NCBI GenBank assembly: GCA_965222225.1
Contig: CBDCTK010000002.1
Span: forward strand, 960,001 to 1,024,000
Direction of reading: 5' to 3'
Source of the DNA: Candidatus Poribacteria bacterium
Lineage (GTDB): Bacteria; Poribacteria; WGA-4E; JAJDTR01
Length of the DNA: 64,000 nucleotides
Shown: positions 63,058 to 64,000 of the stretch, piece by piece
Position numbering within the stretch: the first letter of the stretch is position 1
Layout of the letters: each line of letters starts with the position of its first letter
Translations under genes and position numbers: made by a program
The notes under the pieces: model-generated
Told to the model about the DNA's origin: nothing
Database searches by the model: none
Seen by the model: the letters and a program-made list of their open reading frames with translations, nothing else

Positions 63058-64000
63058 ATGAACCACCATCTGCATCCAAGAGATTTAATCTTAATACGAG
63101 GGTTGTCCGAGGACAAAGCCCACAGGATTCTTAATAGGTACGGTTTTCAAGATTGCGACCGGGCGTATCGTAATCTTCAAAATCTGGCGGGAGAGCCACC
63201 CTTGCAGGAGGCGTTTGCGGAAATCATAGAACTCACATTGAGGACGTTCGCGGATTCTGCGGATCCGGATGCGGCATTGAACAACTTCGATCGATTTGCA
63301 GGCGAAATTCCCAATCGTACCTGGTTGTATCATCTCCTACATGATGCACCCTTTCTTCTTCGCATACTTGCCGTCTGCTTCGGGTCTAGCACTTATCTTT
63401 CGGATATCTTAGTACGCAACCCGGAACATTTCAATGAACTGATTGATGCAGGAGTGATGAATACTCCAAAGAATCGCGAAATTATGTATGCCGAACTCTC
63501 CCAATCCGTGAACCTCTTCCGTTCGATTGAACAGAAGTTGAGCATGATTCGTCGGTACAAACGAAAGGAAAGTTTGCGCATTGGTGTGCGAGACCTCCTT
63601 GAAGATGCAAATCTAGAAACTACTACCCTAGAGCTAACGCACCTTGCGGAAGCCACTTTACAAATCTGTTATGAAATAGGTGTGGCGGAACTCACCCCAA
63701 AACTTGGAATTCCATTGGCGGAAGATAAGAAGACATTAAGCAATTTCGCCATCATTGGAATGGGGAAATTTGGTGGTTGTGAATTGAATTTTAGTTCTGA
63801 CATTGATGTGATGTTTGTCTACTCCGATGAAGGACAAACCGAGAAGGATGTCGAGAACAGCGAATACTTTGGAAAATTGTGTGAGTTCATCATTAAAGCA
63901 ATGAGTGAGGTGACGGCAAGCGGTTATGTTTTCCGAGTTGATGTGCGCTTACGACCGGAGAGCAGTGTAGGCACCATCGTACGCTCAATAGAGGGATACG
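63058..64000 (+). CDS. glnE: Glutamine synthetase adenylyltransferase, 5' part (runs off window)
   Basis: DPDAALNNF, IIGMGKFGGCELNFSSDID, VFRVDVRLRPE. Confidence 0.9.
   Translation, partial: MNHHLHPRDLILIRGLSEDKAHRILNRYGFQDCDRAYRNLQNLAGEPPLQEAFAEIIELTLRTFADSADPDAALNNFDRFAGEIPNRTWLYHLLHDAPFLLRILAVCFGSSTYLSDILVRNPEHFNELIDAGVMNTPKNREIMYAELSQSVNLFRSIEQKLSMIRRYKRKESLRIGVRDLLEDANLETTTLELTHLAEATLQICYEIGVAELTPKLGIPLAEDKKTLSNFAIIGMGKFGGCELNFSSDIDVMFVYSDEGQTEKDVENSEYFGKLCEFIIKAMSEVTASGYVFRVDVRLRPESSVGTIVRSIEGY

Noticed and set aside
2327-63656. Numerous 60-220 aa ORFs antisense to or nested in called genes
   Set aside because: Shadow ORFs with no motifs, overlapping well-supported CDSs
1-64000. CRISPR array, tRNA, rRNA, retron or DGR reverse transcriptase
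   Set aside because: No regularly spaced repeat-spacer array, cloverleaf or RT motif was recognised. The modular repeats have no unique spacers

Overview
About 50% GC chromosomal window of a diderm bacterium. The gene content suggests a Candidatus Poribacteria-like genome (inference only): several phytanoyl-CoA dioxygenase and Gfo/Idh/MocA paralogues, a sulfatase, GH36, an Asp-box protein, an ASPIC/UnbV protein, and a LamG protein ending in a KLAxxWGxIK motif. Housekeeping and metabolic genes (prpD, kdsC-kdsA fusion, hemG, trpS, UbiD family, glnE) alternate with decayed accessory DNA. That DNA includes a broken ISAs1, an intact IS1595 with an 8-bp target duplication, a phage/satellite remnant next to a type II R-M pair, and several frameshifted or internally deleted genes. 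Two non-coding signals stand out. (1) A 166-169 nt structured element occurs twice (9892-10057, 34701-34869), with conserved or compensated hairpins, short imperfect terminal inverted repeats, and a different 16-nt direct repeat around each copy. (2) A family of 35-113 nt modular micro-insertions (TCAAGCG...GCGATAGARATCCC) has five copies; two can be excised cleanly with no target duplication. Also notable are a GlmU-like nucleotidyltransferase fused to a DUF89 phosphatase and a probable Trp leader-peptide attenuator on trpS. All calls come from reading motifs by eye; no searches were run.
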